NCBI GenBank assembly: GCA_030390025.1 | Contig: JASTWF010000180.1 | Location: 496,001-560,000, forward strand | DNA from: Squalus acanthias | Taxonomy: Eukaryota | Reading direction: 5' to 3' | DNA length: 64,000 nt | Shown: positions 11,943-25,836 of the stretch, one piece after another | Layout of the letters: each line of letters begins with the position of its first letter | Numbering within the stretch: position 1 is the first letter of the stretch | Notes under the pieces: generated by a model | Told to the model about the DNA's origin: nothing | The model's database searches: none | Seen by the model: the letters and a program-made list of their open reading frames with translations, nothing else | Made by a program: the position numbers and the translations under genes

Positions 11943-13022
11943 TTACTCAAGTACTCTTGCAATGAAGGACAGCCTTCCATTTGCCTTTCGAATGGCTTGC
12001 TGCACGTCCACATTCACTTTCAGTGACTCATGTACAAGGACACACCGGTCCCTTTTGAGCATCTGCATTCCCCAATCGTTCACCATTCAGGAAACTTCTG
12101 TTTTTTCTACCAAAGTCGATTACTTCACATTTATCCACATTATGTTCCATCTGCCATGTTTGCGCTCACTGAGTGAGACTGTCGAGATCCCATTGAAACT
12201 GCTTCACATCCTCTTCGCAACTGAAACTGCCATCTCGCTTTGTACCATCGGCAAATTTGGAAATGTTACATTTAGTCCCCTCTTCCAAATCATTGATATA
12301 CATTGTGAATAGCTGGGGCCCAAGCACCGCTCCTTGCGGTACCCCATTAGTCACAGCCTGCCATCCTGAAAAAGACACGTTTATCCCTACTCTTTGTTTT
12401 CTGTCTGTTAACTAATTATCAATCCATGCTAGTATATTACCCCCAATTCCATGTCACCTAATTTTGTTCACCAACCTCTTGTGTGGTACCTTATCGAAGG
12501 CCTTCTGAAAATCCAAATACACACATCTACTGGTTCCCCTTTGTCTACTCCACTAGTTACATCCTCAAAGAACTCCAATAGGTTTGTTAAAAAGGATTTC
12601 CCTTTCATCAATCCACGTTGACTCTGCCCAATCTTACTACTAGTTTCTAAGTGCCCAGTTATTGCATCCGTTATAATAGGTTCCAGCGTCTATCTGAACG
12701 TCGTCCAGGTCATGTTGGATGCGGGCATGGACTGCTTCATTATCTGAGAAGTTGTGAATGCCACTGAACACTGTGCAGTCATTAGACCTACGTCAATAAT
12801 GAGCCATTGTAAAGGCACAGTTTGTGTTTCGTTGGATGCTGTCACGTGATTGCAGTCGACGTCGATTGCATGCAACCAATAGCTGGCGACTTCAAACCCG
12901 CCCCTTCCTGGCTTTTGCACAAAGCCGCATAAGTGTGGTTCGGGATCCAACAATCCGGGACCTGCGTTGCCCAGTGAGTGACTGAAGGAACGGCTGCCTA
13001 ATACAGCAAAATGCCCAGAAGC

Positions 13023-13491
13023 ATGAGGTCGGCGATTTCTCTCGGCCTACTGCTTGGTTTCGTATCCAGTGCGTAGCTATAACTGTTCCGTATTGTTCCA
13101 ATCTTTCTGTTTCTCTGTTAGTCTCTCTCGGGGATGTTACAGAGCCAGGAGTCACCACCATAATTAATGCTTCTTTACTTTTATAGGTGTCCAGTCGGAT
13201 GTGGTGTTGACTCAGCCAGAGGCAGAGACCAGGCGTCTCGGACAGTACCTGAGACTGACCTGTAAAACCAGCGGGTTCGATCTTGCCAGCGATTTGATGT
13301 ACTGGTACCGACAAAGCCCCGGGAAGGGAATGGATTGGCTAGTTTGGTACTATAGTAAAGACAACAAGCAGTACCATCAAGAAGTTAGAGCACGAGTTAC
13401 TGCTTCCAAAGACCTCTCAAACAATATCTTCGCTTTGGGTATCAAGGGATTGACAATGGGAGACAGCGCCACTTATTATTGCGCTCAGAGT
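13023..13491 (+). CDS. Ig heavy-chain-like V segment 2 (leader 13023-13068, V exon 13187-13491)
   Basis: Same structure as V1 with GT/AG intact and an open frame: [39 protein letters not shown]...YYCAQS. Confidence 0.93.
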
Positions 13492-13530
13492 CACAGTGAT
13501 ACAGGTCAGACCCAGACTTGTACAAAAACA
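13492..13530 (+). other. 23-RSS of V2
   Basis: CACAGTG + 23 nt + ACAAAAACA. Confidence 0.96.
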
Positions 13531-14559
13531 GAAAAGAGGAAATGCAGCAGTTTCCGCCATCATCAAACACCAATAAATCCACTGTTGACAGCAGTTCATA
13601 GAAACAAAAAACTATACAGCACAGAAAAGGGCCATTCGGCCCATAATGCCTGTGCTGGCTCATTCAAACAGCTTATCAATTAGTCCCACTCTCTTACACT
13701 TTTCCCATAGTCCTGTAAATTTTTCTTTTTCGAGTATTTATCCAATTCCCTTTTGAAAGTTATCATTGAACTTGGTTCCACCAGTCTTTCAGGCAGTGCA
13801 TTCCAGACCATAACAACTCGCTGCGTAATATTTTTATCCTCAAGTCGCCTCTGGTTCTTTTGCCAATTGCCTTAACTCTGTGTCCTAAACCTGAAACAAT
13901 GTAACTCTGTTTCTCTCTCCACAGATGCTGCCTGACCTTCTGAGCATTTCCAGCATTTTCTGTTTTAATTTCAGGTTTCCAGCATCCGCAGTATTTTGCT
14001 TTTGTTTCCATGTTTTTGTACTCTATGCCTCTACTTATAAAGCCAATGATCCAGATTTACTTTACAACAGCCTTTTCGAATTGTCCTACCACGTTCAAAG
14101 ACGGGTGTAGGTATACCCTGTTCCAGCACCCCGTTTAACATTGCACCAAATAGTTTATATTGCCTCTCCTCATTCTTCCGACCAAAATGAATCACCTCAA
14201 ACTTCTCTGCATTACATTTCTTCTACCGTGTGTCTGGCCATTTCATCACTTTGTCTATATCGTCCTGAGCTGTGTTACTATCCTCCTCACTGTATACTAG
14301 ATTTCCGAGTTTCGCGTTATCTGAAAACATTGAAAGTATGCCCTTTACATACAAGTCCAGGGCATTAATTTTAAGATCAAAAAGAGCAGTGGCCCCAACA
14401 CCGAGCGCTGGAGGACACCACTGCACACTTCCTTCCAGTCAGACAATCAACCGTTCACCACTATTCTGCGTTCTTCTAACTTCGTGATCCCGCAGCAACT
14501 GGCCCTTTAATCCCAAGTCCTTCAATTTTGCTAACAAGTCTATCGTGGGGTTTTTATCA

Positions 14560-17500
14560 TAGAAACATAGAAACATAGAAGATAGGAGCAGGAGTAGGTC
14601 ATTCGGCCCCTCGAATCTGTTCCGCCATTTAATGAGATCATGGCTGATCATCCAAATTCAGTACCCTGTCCCTGCTTTCTCCCCATATCCCTTCGTCCCT
14701 TTAGCCTTAAGAAATATATCGAACTCCTTCTTGAATATATTTAATGAATTGTGCTCAACTGCCTTGTGTGGTAGAGAATTCCAAAGGTTCACCACTCTCT
14801 GGGTGAAGAAATTCCTCCTCATCTCAGTCCTAAATGGCTTGCCCCTAATCCTTAGACTGTGACCCCTGGTTCTGGACTCCCCGCCATCGGCAACATCCTT
14901 CCTGCATCTAGTCTGTCTAGTCCTGTTAGAATTTTATATAAGTTTCAATGAGATCCTCTCTCATTCTTCTAAACTCTAGCGAATATAAGCCCAATCGACC
15001 CAATCTCTCCTCATACGGTATTCCTGCCATCCCAGGTATCAGCCTGGTGAATCTTCGCTGCACTCTCTCCATGGCAAGAACATCCTTCCTCAGATAAGGC
15101 GACCAAAACTGCACACAATACTCAAAGTGTGGTCTCACCAAGGCCCTGTACAACTGCAGCAAGACATCCTTGCTCCTGTACTCGAATCCTCTCGCTGTGA
15201 AGGCCAACATACCATTTGCCTTCTTAACCGCCTGCTGCACCTGCATGCTTACCTTCAGCGACTGGTGCACAAGGACACCCAGGTCTCGTTGCACTTCCCC
15301 TTTTCCCAATCTATTGCCGTTCAGATAATAATCTGCCTTCCTGTTTTTGCCACCAAAGTGGATAACCTCGCATTTATCCACATTATACTGCATCTGCCAT
15401 GCATCTGCCCAATCACCCAACCTGTCCAAATCATACTGGAGTTTCTCTGCATCCTCCTCACAGCACACACGCCCACCCAGCTTTATGTCGTCTGCAAACT
15501 TGGAGATATTACATCTAGTTCCCTCGTTAATAATATATATTGTGAATAGCTGGGGTCCAAGCACCAATCCCTGCGGTACCCCACTAGTCACTGCCTGCCA
15601 CTCGGAAAAAGACCCGTTTGCCAACTCTTTGCTTCCTGCCTGCCAAACAGTTCTCTATCCAAGTCTGTACCTTACCCCCAATCCCAGGCGCTTTAACTTT
15701 GCATGCTAATCTCTTATGTGGGACCTTATCGAAAGCCTTCTGTAAGTCCAAATACACCACATCCACTGGTTCTCACTTATCTATTCTACCAGTTACATGC
15801 TCAAAAAATTCCAGTAGATTCGTCAAGCATGATTTGCCTTTTGTAAACAATGTTGACTTTGTCCGACCCTGTCACTGTTTTCCAAGTGCTCTGCTATTAC
15901 ATCTTTTATAATGGACTCTAGCATTTTCCCCACTACCGATGTCAAGCTTACCCGTCTATAAAACCCCGTTTTCTCTCTACCACCTTTTTTAAATAGTGGG
16001 GTTACATTAGCTGCACTCCAATCCATGGGAACTGTTCCAGAGTCTATAGAATTTTGGAAGATGACCAGCAATGCATTTGCTATTTCTAGGGCCACTTCCT
16101 TAAGTAACCTAGCATATAGATTATCAGGCCCTTGTGATTTATTCAATCTCGTCAATTTCCCTAACACCATTTCCGTACAAATACTGATTTCATTCAGTTC
16201 CTTATTCTCATTAGACCCTATGATCCCCGACATCTCTGGCAGATTATTTGTGTCCTCCTTTGTGAAGACAGAACCAAAGTATGTATTTAATTGGTGTTTC
16301 ATTTCTTTGTTCCCCATTATAAATTCCCCTGATTCTGACAGCAAGGGACCTACGCTTGACTTCAACAATCTTTTTCTCTTCACATATCTATAGAAGATTT
16401 TACAGTCAGTTTTTATGTTCCCTGCAAGCTTACTCTCATATTCTATTTCCCCCCTCTTAATTCATCCCTTTGTCCTCCTTTGCTGAATCCTAAACTGCTC
16501 CCAATCCTCAGGTTTGCTGCTTTTTCTGGACAATTTATATGTCCTCTCCTTGGATCTTATGCTATCCCTAATTTCCCTTGTTAGCCACGGTTGAGTCACC
16601 TTTTTTGTTTTATTTTTATGCCAAACAGGGATGAACAAATTCTGTCGTTCATCCATGCGATCTTTAAATGTTTGCCATTGCCTATCCACCGTCAACCCTT
16701 TAAGTAACGTTCCCCAATCCATCCTAGCCAACTCGCGCCTCATACCATCGTAGTTTCCTTTATTTAAATTCAGGACCCTAGTCTCTGAGTCAACTACTTC
16801 ACTCTCCATCTTAATGACGAATTCTATCATATTATGATCGCTCCTCCCCAAAGGGCCTCGCACAACAGGATTGCTAATTAATCCTTTCTCATTACATAAT
16901 ACCCAGTCTAAGATGGCCTGATCTCTAGCTGGTTCCTCGACATATTGATCCAGGAAACTATTCCGTATTCACGCTAGGAATTCCCCCTCCATAGTATTGT
17001 TACTAATTTGGTTAGCCCAATTATATGTAGATTAAAGTCACCCATGATAACTGCTGTGCCCTTATTGCACGCATCTCTAATTTCCTGTTTAATGCCATCC
17101 CCCATCTCAGCATCACTGTTTGGGGTTCTGTATAAAAGTCCCACTAACGTTTTCTGCCCCATCGTATTTCTCAGCTCTACCCATACAGATTCCACATCAT
17201 CAGAGCTAATATCCTTCCTTACTATTGTGTTACTCTCCTCTTTAACCAGCAATGCTACCCCACCTCCTTTTCCTTTTTGCCTGTCCTTCCTGAATATTGA
17301 ATATTCCTGGATGTTGAATTCCCAGCTTTGGTCACCCTGGAGCCATGTCTCCGTAATCCCAATTATATCATATCTGTTTACATCTATTTGTGCAGCTAAT
17401 TCATCCACCTTATTACGAATGCTCCTTGCATTAAGACACAAAGTTTTCAGGCTTGTTTTTTTAACACTCTCAGATGTTTTAGAATTATTGTTTACTGTGG

Positions 17501-19011
17501 CCCTGTTTGATTTACAGCCTTGATTTCTCTGACTTCCACGTTTGATTTTCTCCTTCCTGTCTTTTGCTTCTATCCTTGCTTCCCTTTCCTCTGTCTCCCT
17601 GCACAGGTTCCCAACCCCCTGCCATTTTAATTTAAACCCTCCCAAACAGCACTAGCAAACACTCCCCCTAGGACATCAGTCCCGGTCCTGCCCAGGTGCA
17701 AACCGTCCAGTTTGTACTGGTCTCACCTCCCCCAGAACCGTTTCCAATGTCCCAAGAATTTGAATCCCTCCCCCTTGCACCATTCCTCTAGCCACGTATT
17801 CATCTGAAATCTCCTTCTATTTCTACCATGACTAGCACGTGGCACTGGTAGCAATCCTGAGATTACTACCTTTGAGGTCCTATTTTTTAATTTACCTCCT
17901 AACACCCTGTATTCAACTTTTAGAAACTCATCCCGTTTTTTACCTATATCGTTGGTACCTATATGCACCACGACACCTGGCTGCCCACCCTCCAACTCCA
18001 GAATGCCCTGCAGGCGCTCCGAGACATCCTTGATCCTTGCACCAGGGAGGCAACATACCATCCTGGAGTCTCGGTTGCGGCCGCACAAACGCCTATCTAT
18101 TCCCCTAACAATAGAATCCCCTAACACTATAGCTCTCCCGCTCTTTTTCCTCCCGTCCTGTGCAGCAGAACCACCCATGCTGCCAGGAAGTTGGCTGCTG
18201 CTGCCTTTCCCCAATAAGCTATCTCCTTGCACAATATCCAAAGCAGTGTATCTGTTTGAAAGGGGGATGGCCACAGGGGACCCCTGTACTACCTGCTTGT
18301 GCCTACTACGCTGCCTGGCGGTCATCCATTCCCTTCCTGCCTGTGCAGCCTTTACCTGCAGTGTGACCAACTCATTAACCGTGCTATCCACGACGACCTC
18401 AACATCGCGAATGCTCCAGTAGGTATCCTTTCGCAGCTTCAGCGCCGCAATGCGTTCTGCCAGTAGCTGCAGCTGGATACCCTTTCCGCACACATGGTCG
18501 TCAGGGACAGAAGAAGTGTCCCTGATTTCCCACATAGTGCAGGAGGAGCATGCCACGTGGCCGAGCTGTGCTGCCATGACTTACCCTTTAATTAATTTAA
18601 ATTAAATTAAATCAAATCAATACCACTGATTACACTACAATTAAATGATAAACTCAAGGGCCCTTGTTTACTAGCACTCCCCGCTACACAACAGAGACTT
18701 TAGAAACTATATCCACAAAATTAAGACCTTCTAAACTTTATAAACCTTAACTGTCAAACTATAAAGTAGTATAAATACTCACCTGGCTGTACTCACCCAA
18801 TCAGCTGCTTCCTCTTGCTCGTGTCACTTTTGGATTCGTGACGTGGATCTGGAACGCCGCCACCGGTCTGCGAGATTGGTAAGCCTCTGAGGACAAAAGC
18901 CCGCTAAAGTAAGTTTAACTACTCACTGTACCGCCGCTTTCTGCCACTCCCGATACCGGCCTCTGTAAAAAAGCCCGCGAAAGTGAGTTTAGCTACTCAC
19001 TGTACCGCCGC
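14560..19011 (-). mobile_element. Full-length, degenerate CR1 LINE (ORF1 17723-18577; fragmented ORF2)
   Basis: ORF1 esterase motif GDSIVRG, APE and RT fragments on the minus strand, (CATAGAAA)n tail at 14560, and a 5' region with two ~55-bp repeats. Confidence 0.9.
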
Positions 19012-19766
19012 CAATGGAAAATCCATATACACAAGATGAAACACACTACCTTCATCCACTCTCTCCGTTACTTTATCAAAAAAACTGGAACGAGTTGGTC
19101 AAACACAAATGTTTTTTTATTCTTCGTTTCTGGGATGTGTGCGTCGCTAATTGCCCTTGAGAAGGCGGTGGTGAGCCGCCTTCTTGAACCGCTGCAGTCC
19201 GTGTGCTGAAGGTACTCCCACAGTGCTGTTAGGGAGGGTGTTCCAGGATTTTGACGCAGTGACGGTTAAGGATCGGCGATACACTTGTAAGTCAGGATGG
19301 TGTGTGACTTCGAGGGAACCTTGGAGGTGGTGGTGTTCCCATGCGCCTGCTGCCCTGGTCCTTCGAGGTGGTAGATGCCGCGGGTATGGGAGGTCGTGCC
19401 GAAGAAGTCTTGGTGAGCTGCTGCAGTGCATCTTGTAGATGGTACACACCGCAGCCATGGTACACCGGTGGTGGAGCGAGTGAATGTTTAAGGTGGTGGA
19501 TGGGGTGCCGATCAAGCGGGGTGCTTTGTCCTGGATGGTGTCGAGTTTCTTTAGTGTTGTTGGAGCTGCACTCATCCAGGCAAGTGGAGAGTATTTCATC
19601 ACACTCCTTACTTGTGCCTTGCAGATAGTGGAAAGGCTTTGGGGAGTCAGGAGGTGAGACACTCGCCGCAGGATACCTCGCCTCTGACCTGTTCTGGTGG
19701 TCACAGAATTTATGTGGCTGGTCCAGTTAAGTTTCTGGTCAATGATGACCCCCAGGATGTTGATGG

Positions 19767-21079
19767 TGTAGGCTTCGCAACATCCCCCAGAAACTCGAGC
19801 AGAACTCTAAAGGGAGTGATGTTTGACCTTTCATACAAACTTGGGATGATGGGACCTAAGTGAAGTGATTTGAGCTAAAAAGCTCAGTTTTTGACACTTT
19901 TAAGATCAGGGAAGAAGAACCCTGAGGAAACTGACTTTTGAATCTTTCACCTTTCACAGACACAAGACAGGCTGCGGAGGGGCGTGGCCAGGCAGTGGAC
20001 AGCTTTGGGTGTTGGGTCCCAGTCAAGCTGTCTGGGAATTGTTTACACTGCAATCCTACCAAGGAGGAAGAGACAAACTTAAAACCTCACGCATACATCG
20101 AAATATGAATAATCCAAGACCCCTTTTGAAATTCCCAGGCCCAAACACGATACCAGAAGCCTGAAATCAATAAAATGTTTAGTACCCCGATTACTTCATC
20201 AAAAACCAATCAACCAGGTATCCCCAGGGACAGATTTAGAAGCCCGCCAAAAACCTGGGACAATAGGGACAAGATTTGGCGCGCAGATAAATGCCCTGCC
20301 TAAATAGGAAACATCGGAAGCCATCAGGACATGTTTAACACCAAGTTAAAGCCATCGAAACTGACAAGCCCGCCAAAACTAAGACAATGGAATAAACAGG
20401 GCTCAATTGAAATCTAAAGGAAACCGATTTAGTAAGGGGTTTTGGGCGCGAAAAGGTCAAAGGGCATGAACAGTATAATTGGGGGCCTAATCCCCCAAGA
20501 CAGTCTCTCTCTGGACTCTCTGACAACGCTCTCAACGCTCGCACAGCTCTCTCGCTCAGCTCTGTTCCAGCAAGACACCACAAGCCACGAGCATGAGGAG
20601 GAAAGAAGGTCAACAACTTCACAAGCAGACCAGCACGCAAGAAGAAACCAGAGCGACTGCCTCAGTGACCCTGGACACCTCGCGGCAACAAGGGCCTTAT
20701 GAAACCTTTTACTCAAAAGACTGTAAACCCTAGCTCTCAACTGTCAAGGATTCGTCTGGTGATAATTATCCCTGATCTCCTGAAACCAAAACCTAGCTAG
20801 ATAGTGGGATTTTTGGGAGGGATAAGGTTTTTTTGTATATTGTCTTCCCCCTCGCCTGTTCCGTCTGTTCCCCAATCTGTGTTTTAGTGTTAAGTTTGTT
20901 TTATGTTTTTAACTTTTTCTTTTAATAAAGTCAAAATTCTTTCATCAGGTCCGGTTGTCTAATGCATCTTTGTTCACAACCCCTAAATAAGTCCAAAGTC
21001 TAGAACCATGGGCATGGGAGCGATTCGAACCGCTCACTGAGTAAGAGGTGAAGGCCGACCCCACACACCACCCCCTACA
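19767..21079 (+). mobile_element. Solo LTR (ERV- or Gypsy-type)
   Basis: TGTAGG...CCTACA termini, 4-bp TSD ATGG (19763-19766 / 21080-21083), AATAAA at 20924. It interrupts a LINE fragment that is continuous in the sister cassettes. Confidence 0.82.
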
Positions 21080-21214
21080 ATGGTGGACGATTCGGCGATG
21101 GTAATGCCGTTGAATGTCAAGTGGAGGTGATTAGACACTCGCTTGTTTGAGATAGTCGTTGCCACGCACTTGTGTGGCACCAATGTTAACTGCCACTTAT
21201 CAGCCCAAACCTGA

Positions 21215-22580
21215 ACATAAGAACTTAAGAAATAGAAGCAGGAGTAAGCCATTCGGCCCTTCGAGTCTGCTCCGCCAATCAATGAGATCATGGCTGATCT
21301 TCTGCCTCAACTCCATTCACCAGCCCTATCGCCATATGCCTTGATGCCCTTACCAGTTAGAAATATATCGACTTCTGTTTTGAATAGACCCAATAACTGA
21401 GCCACCACAGCCCTCTGGGGTAGAGAATTCAAAAGATTCACCACCCTCTGTGTGAAAAATGTTCTTCTCATCTCAGTCCTGAGTGGCTTACCCTTTATCC
21501 TGAGGCTGTCGCCCCTGGTTCTAGACTCCCCAGCCAAGGGAAACTTTCTCACAGCATCCACCCTATCAAGCCCTGTAATAATTTTGTATGCTTCAATGAG
21601 ATCCCCTCTCATTCTTCTGAATTCAAGAGAATACAGGCCTAGTTTACTCAATCTCTTCTCATACGACAGTCCCGCCATCCCCGGAATCAATCTTGTGAAC
21701 CTTCGTTGCACTCCCTCTATGGCATTTATATCCTTCCTTAGGTAAGGAGACCAAAATTGTACACAGTACTCCAGGTGTGGTCTCACCAAGGCCCTATATA
21801 ATTGGAGTAACACTTCTTTACTCCTGTACTGAAATCCACTTGTAATGAAGGCCAGCATGCCATTTGTCTTCCTAATGGCTCGCTGCACCTTCACAATCAC
21901 TTTCAGTGACTCATGTACAAGCACACGCAGGTACCTTTGAGCATCTCCATTCGCCAATCTTTCATCTTTTAGGATATACTCTGCCTTTCTGTTTTTTCTA
22001 CCAAAGTGGATAACTTCACATTTATCCACGTTATATTCCATCTGCCATGTTCTCGCCCACTCACTAAGCCTGTCGAGATCCCCTGGAAACCTCTTCACAT
22101 CCTCTTCACAACTGACACAGCCACCTAGCTTTGTATCATCAGCAAATTTGGAAATTTTACATTTAGTCCCCTCATCCAAATCGTTGATATAGATTGTGAA
22201 TAGCTGGGGCCCAAGCACCGATCCTTGCGGTACCCCACTAGTCACAGCCTCCCTTCCTGAAAAAGAACCGTTTATCCGTACTCTTTGTTTTCTGTCTGTT
22301 CACTAATTCTCAATCCATGCTAGTATATTACCCCCAATTCCATGTGCCCTAATTTTGTTCACCAACATCTTGTGTGGAACTATATCGAAGGCCTTCTGAA
22401 AATCCAAATACACCACATCTACCGGTTCCCCTTTGTCTACTCCACTAGTTGCATCCTCAAAGAACACCACTAGGTTTGTTAAACAGGAGTTCCCTTTCTA
22501 AATCCATGTTGACTCTGCCCAATCTTACTATTAATTTCTACGTGCCCAGTTATTGCATCATTTATAATAAATTCCAGCGT
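21215..22580 (-). mobile_element. CR1 3' fragment (cassette component; uninterrupted here, split in the other cassettes)
   Basis: RT ORF at 21307-22245; homologous to 1350-2860 plus 6795-7410 and to 10190-10790 plus 11945-12690. Confidence 0.88.
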
Positions 22581-22912
22581 CTATCTGAACGTTGTCCAGG
22601 TCTTGTTGGATGCGGGCATGGACTGCTTCATTATCTGAGGAGTTGTGAATGCCACTGAACACTGTGCAGTCATCAGACCTACGTCAAGAATGAGCCATTG
22701 TAAAGGCACCGTTTGTGTTTCGTTCGATGCTGTCACGTGATTGCAGTCGACGTTGGTTGCATGCAACCAATAGCTGGCGACTTCAAACCCGCCCCTTTCT
22801 GCCTTTTGCATAAAGCCCCATAAGTGAGGTTCGGGTCCAATAATCCAGGACCTGCGTTGCCCAGTGAGTGACTGAAGGAACGGCTGCCTAATTTAGCCAA
22901 ATGCCCAGAAGG

Positions 22913-23384
22913 ATGAGGTCGGCGATTTCTCTCGGCCTGCTGCTTGGTTTCGTATCCAGTGTGTAGCTATAACTGTTCCATATTTCTCCAATCTTTCTGT
23001 TTCGCTGTTAGTCCCTCTCAGGGGGTGTTGCAGAGGCAGGAGTCACTTCACCTTAATTAATGCTTCTTTACTTTTATAGGTGTCCTGTCGGATATGGTGT
23101 TGACTCAGCCAGAGGCAGAGACCGGGCATCTCGGACAGTCCCTGAGACTGACCTGTAAAACCAGCGGGTTCAATCTTGGCAGCAACTGGATGTACTGGTA
23201 CCGACAAAGCCCCGGGAAGGGTTTGGATTGGCTAGTTTCGTACTATAGTAAAGACAACAACCAGTACCATGAAGAATTTAGAGAACGAGTTACTGCTTCC
23301 AAAGATCTTTCAAACAATATCTTCGCTTTGGATATCAAGGCATTGACACTGGGAGACAGCGCCACTTATTATTGCGCACAGAGT
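22913..23384 (+). CDS. Ig heavy-chain-like V segment 3 (leader 22913-22958, V exon 23080-23384)
   Basis: Same structure and an open frame: [39 protein letters not shown]...YYCAQS. Confidence 0.93.
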
Positions 23385-23423
23385 CACAGTGATACAGGTC
23401 AGACCCAGACTAGTACAAAAACA
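23385..23423 (+). other. 23-RSS of V3
   Basis: CACAGTG + 23 nt + ACAAAAACA. Confidence 0.96.
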
Positions 23424-23974
23424 GAAAAGAGGAAATGCAGCAGTTTCCGCCATCATCAAACACCAATAAATCCACTGTTGACAGCAGTTCATAGAAACAA
23501 AACAATATACAGCACAGAAAGGGGCCATTCGGTCCATATTGCCTCTGCTGGCTTATTCAAAGAGCTATTCAATTAGTACCACTCTCCGACACTTTTCCCA
23601 TAGTCTTGTAAATTTTTCTTTTTCGAGTATTTATCCAATACCCTTTTGAAAGTTATTATTCAATGTTGTTCCTCCAGTCTTTCAGGCAGTGCATTCCACA
23701 CCAACAACTCGCTGCCTAATCTTAACTCTGTGTCCTTCACCTGAAACAGTAACTGTGTTTCTCTCTCCACCGATGCTGCCTGACCTGCTGAGCATTTCCA
23801 GCATTTTCTGTTTTTATTCCAGGTTTCCAGCATCCTCAGTATTTTGCTTTTGTTTCCATGTTTTTGTACTCTATGCCTCTACTTATAAAGCCAATGATCC
23901 AGATTTACTTTTCAACAACCTTCTCAACTTGTCCTGCCACGTTCAAAGACGTGTGTAGGTATACCCTGTTCCTG

Positions 23975-25836
23975 ACTCTTAACCGAGACTCTGTCTTCGA
24001 CGCGAGCGTCCTCAATTCCTTCCCACCACCACCTCAGCACAACCCCCACCCGGCATGAGGTTGAATAGGCCATCCGACAACTGAAAAACAACAAAGCTAC
24101 AGGAGCAGATGGAATCCCCGTCGAGTGCGTTAAAGCATGGCGGAGAAGGTCTATTTGACGTGAATACATGAACTCATTTCTCTTATTTGGAAGGAGGAGA
24201 GCATGCCAGGGGATCTCACAGATGCCGTAATCATGACCATCTTCAATAAGGGTGACAATTCTGATTGCGGTAATAACAGAGGAGGCTCCCTGCTGTCTGC
24301 CGCAGGGAAAGTCATCGAAAGAATCCTCCTCAATCGCCTTCTCCCAGTGGCTGAAGAGCTCCTCCCAGAGTCGCAATGCGGATTCTGCCCACTAAGGGGC
24401 ACAATGGACACGACCTTCACCGCGTGTCAAATAGAAGAGAAATGTAGGGAACAGCACCAACCACTGTACATGGCCTTCTTTGACCTCACAGAGGCCTTCA
24501 ACACCATCAAATATGAGGGATTATGGAGTGTCCTCCTCAAATTCGGCTGCCCTCAAAAGTTAGTCAGCAACCTCCGCCTGCTTCCCGACGACATGCAAAC
24601 CATGATCCTGACCAACGGATCCACCACAGACGCAGTTCACGTACGGACCAGTGTAAAGCAAGGCTGTGTCATCGCACCAACGCTCTTCTCGATCTTCCTT
24701 GCCGCAATCCTCCATCTCACCTTCAGTAAGTTCCCCGTTGGAGTCAAGCTAATCTACCGAACAAACGGAAAACTTTTCAACCTCTGTCGCCTCCAGTCCT
24801 TTCAGTTTTTTAATTTTATTCTTCGTCATCAAATAACAGTATTCAGACAACGCTTGAGTCTGTGCACACTCAGAGGTCGAATCCAAACCATCGTCAACAC
24901 CTTCACCGAAGCGTATCAGAGCATGGGCCTTACACTAAACCTTCAAAAGACAAAGGTCCTCTACCAACCTGCCCCACCACACAGTACTGCTTCCCGATTA
25001 ACAAAATCCATGACGAGGCCTTGGACAATGTGGACCACTTTCCATACCTCGGGAGCCTACTGTCAACAAGGGCAGACGTCGATGACGAAGTCCAACACCG
25101 CCTTCAGTGTACCAGTGCAGCCTTCGGTCGCCTGAGGAAGAGAGTGGTTGAAGACCAGGACCTCAAACTCGGCACCAAGCTCATGGTCTACAGAGCAGTA
25201 GCGGTACCTGCCCTTCTGTAAGCTTCAGAGACATGGACCATGTACAGCAGGCACCTCAAAGCACTGGAGAGGTACCACCAACGCTGCCTCCACAAGATCC
25301 TGCAAATCCATTGGCAGGATAGGCGCACCAACGTCAGTGTTCTCGCTCAGGCCAACATCCCCAGCATCGAAGCTTTGACCACTCTCGATCAGCTCCGTTG
25401 GACGGGCCACAACGTCAGCATGCCCGATAGGAGACTCCCAAAACAAGCGCTCTACTCGGAGCTCCGACATGGCAAGAGAGCCCCAGGTGGGCAGACGAAA
25501 CGCTTCAAGGACACCCTTAATGTCTCCTTGAAAAGGTGCAACATCCCCACCGACACCTGGGAATCCCTGGCCCAAAACTGCACAAAGTGGAGGCAAAGCA
25601 TCCGGCAAGGCTCCAAACACCTCGAGTCTCTTCGCCGGGAGAAAGCGGAAGCCAAGCGCAAACAGCGGAAGGAGCGCACGTCAACCCAAGCACCCCACCT
25701 CCCGGCCCGTCAACCACCGTCTGCCCCACCTGTGACAGAGATTGTAGGTCCCGCATTGGACTCATCAGTCACCTGAGAACTCATTTTTAGTGTGGAAGCA
25801 AGTCATCCTCGGTCCCGAGGGACTGCCTAAGAAGAG
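23975..25836 (+). mobile_element. RTE-clade LINE, 5'-truncated
   Basis: RT motifs (LPESQCGF, AFFDLTEAF, VKQGCVIAPTLF), C-terminal CxxC...H...H zinc finger, (AAG)n tail. Confidence 0.88.

Noticed and set aside
23377-23383. Extra heptamer-like CACAGAG at the 3' end of V3
   Set aside because: It has no nonamer at a 12/23 distance, arises from one synonymous change, and is in the wrong orientation for a V-replacement cryptic RSS.
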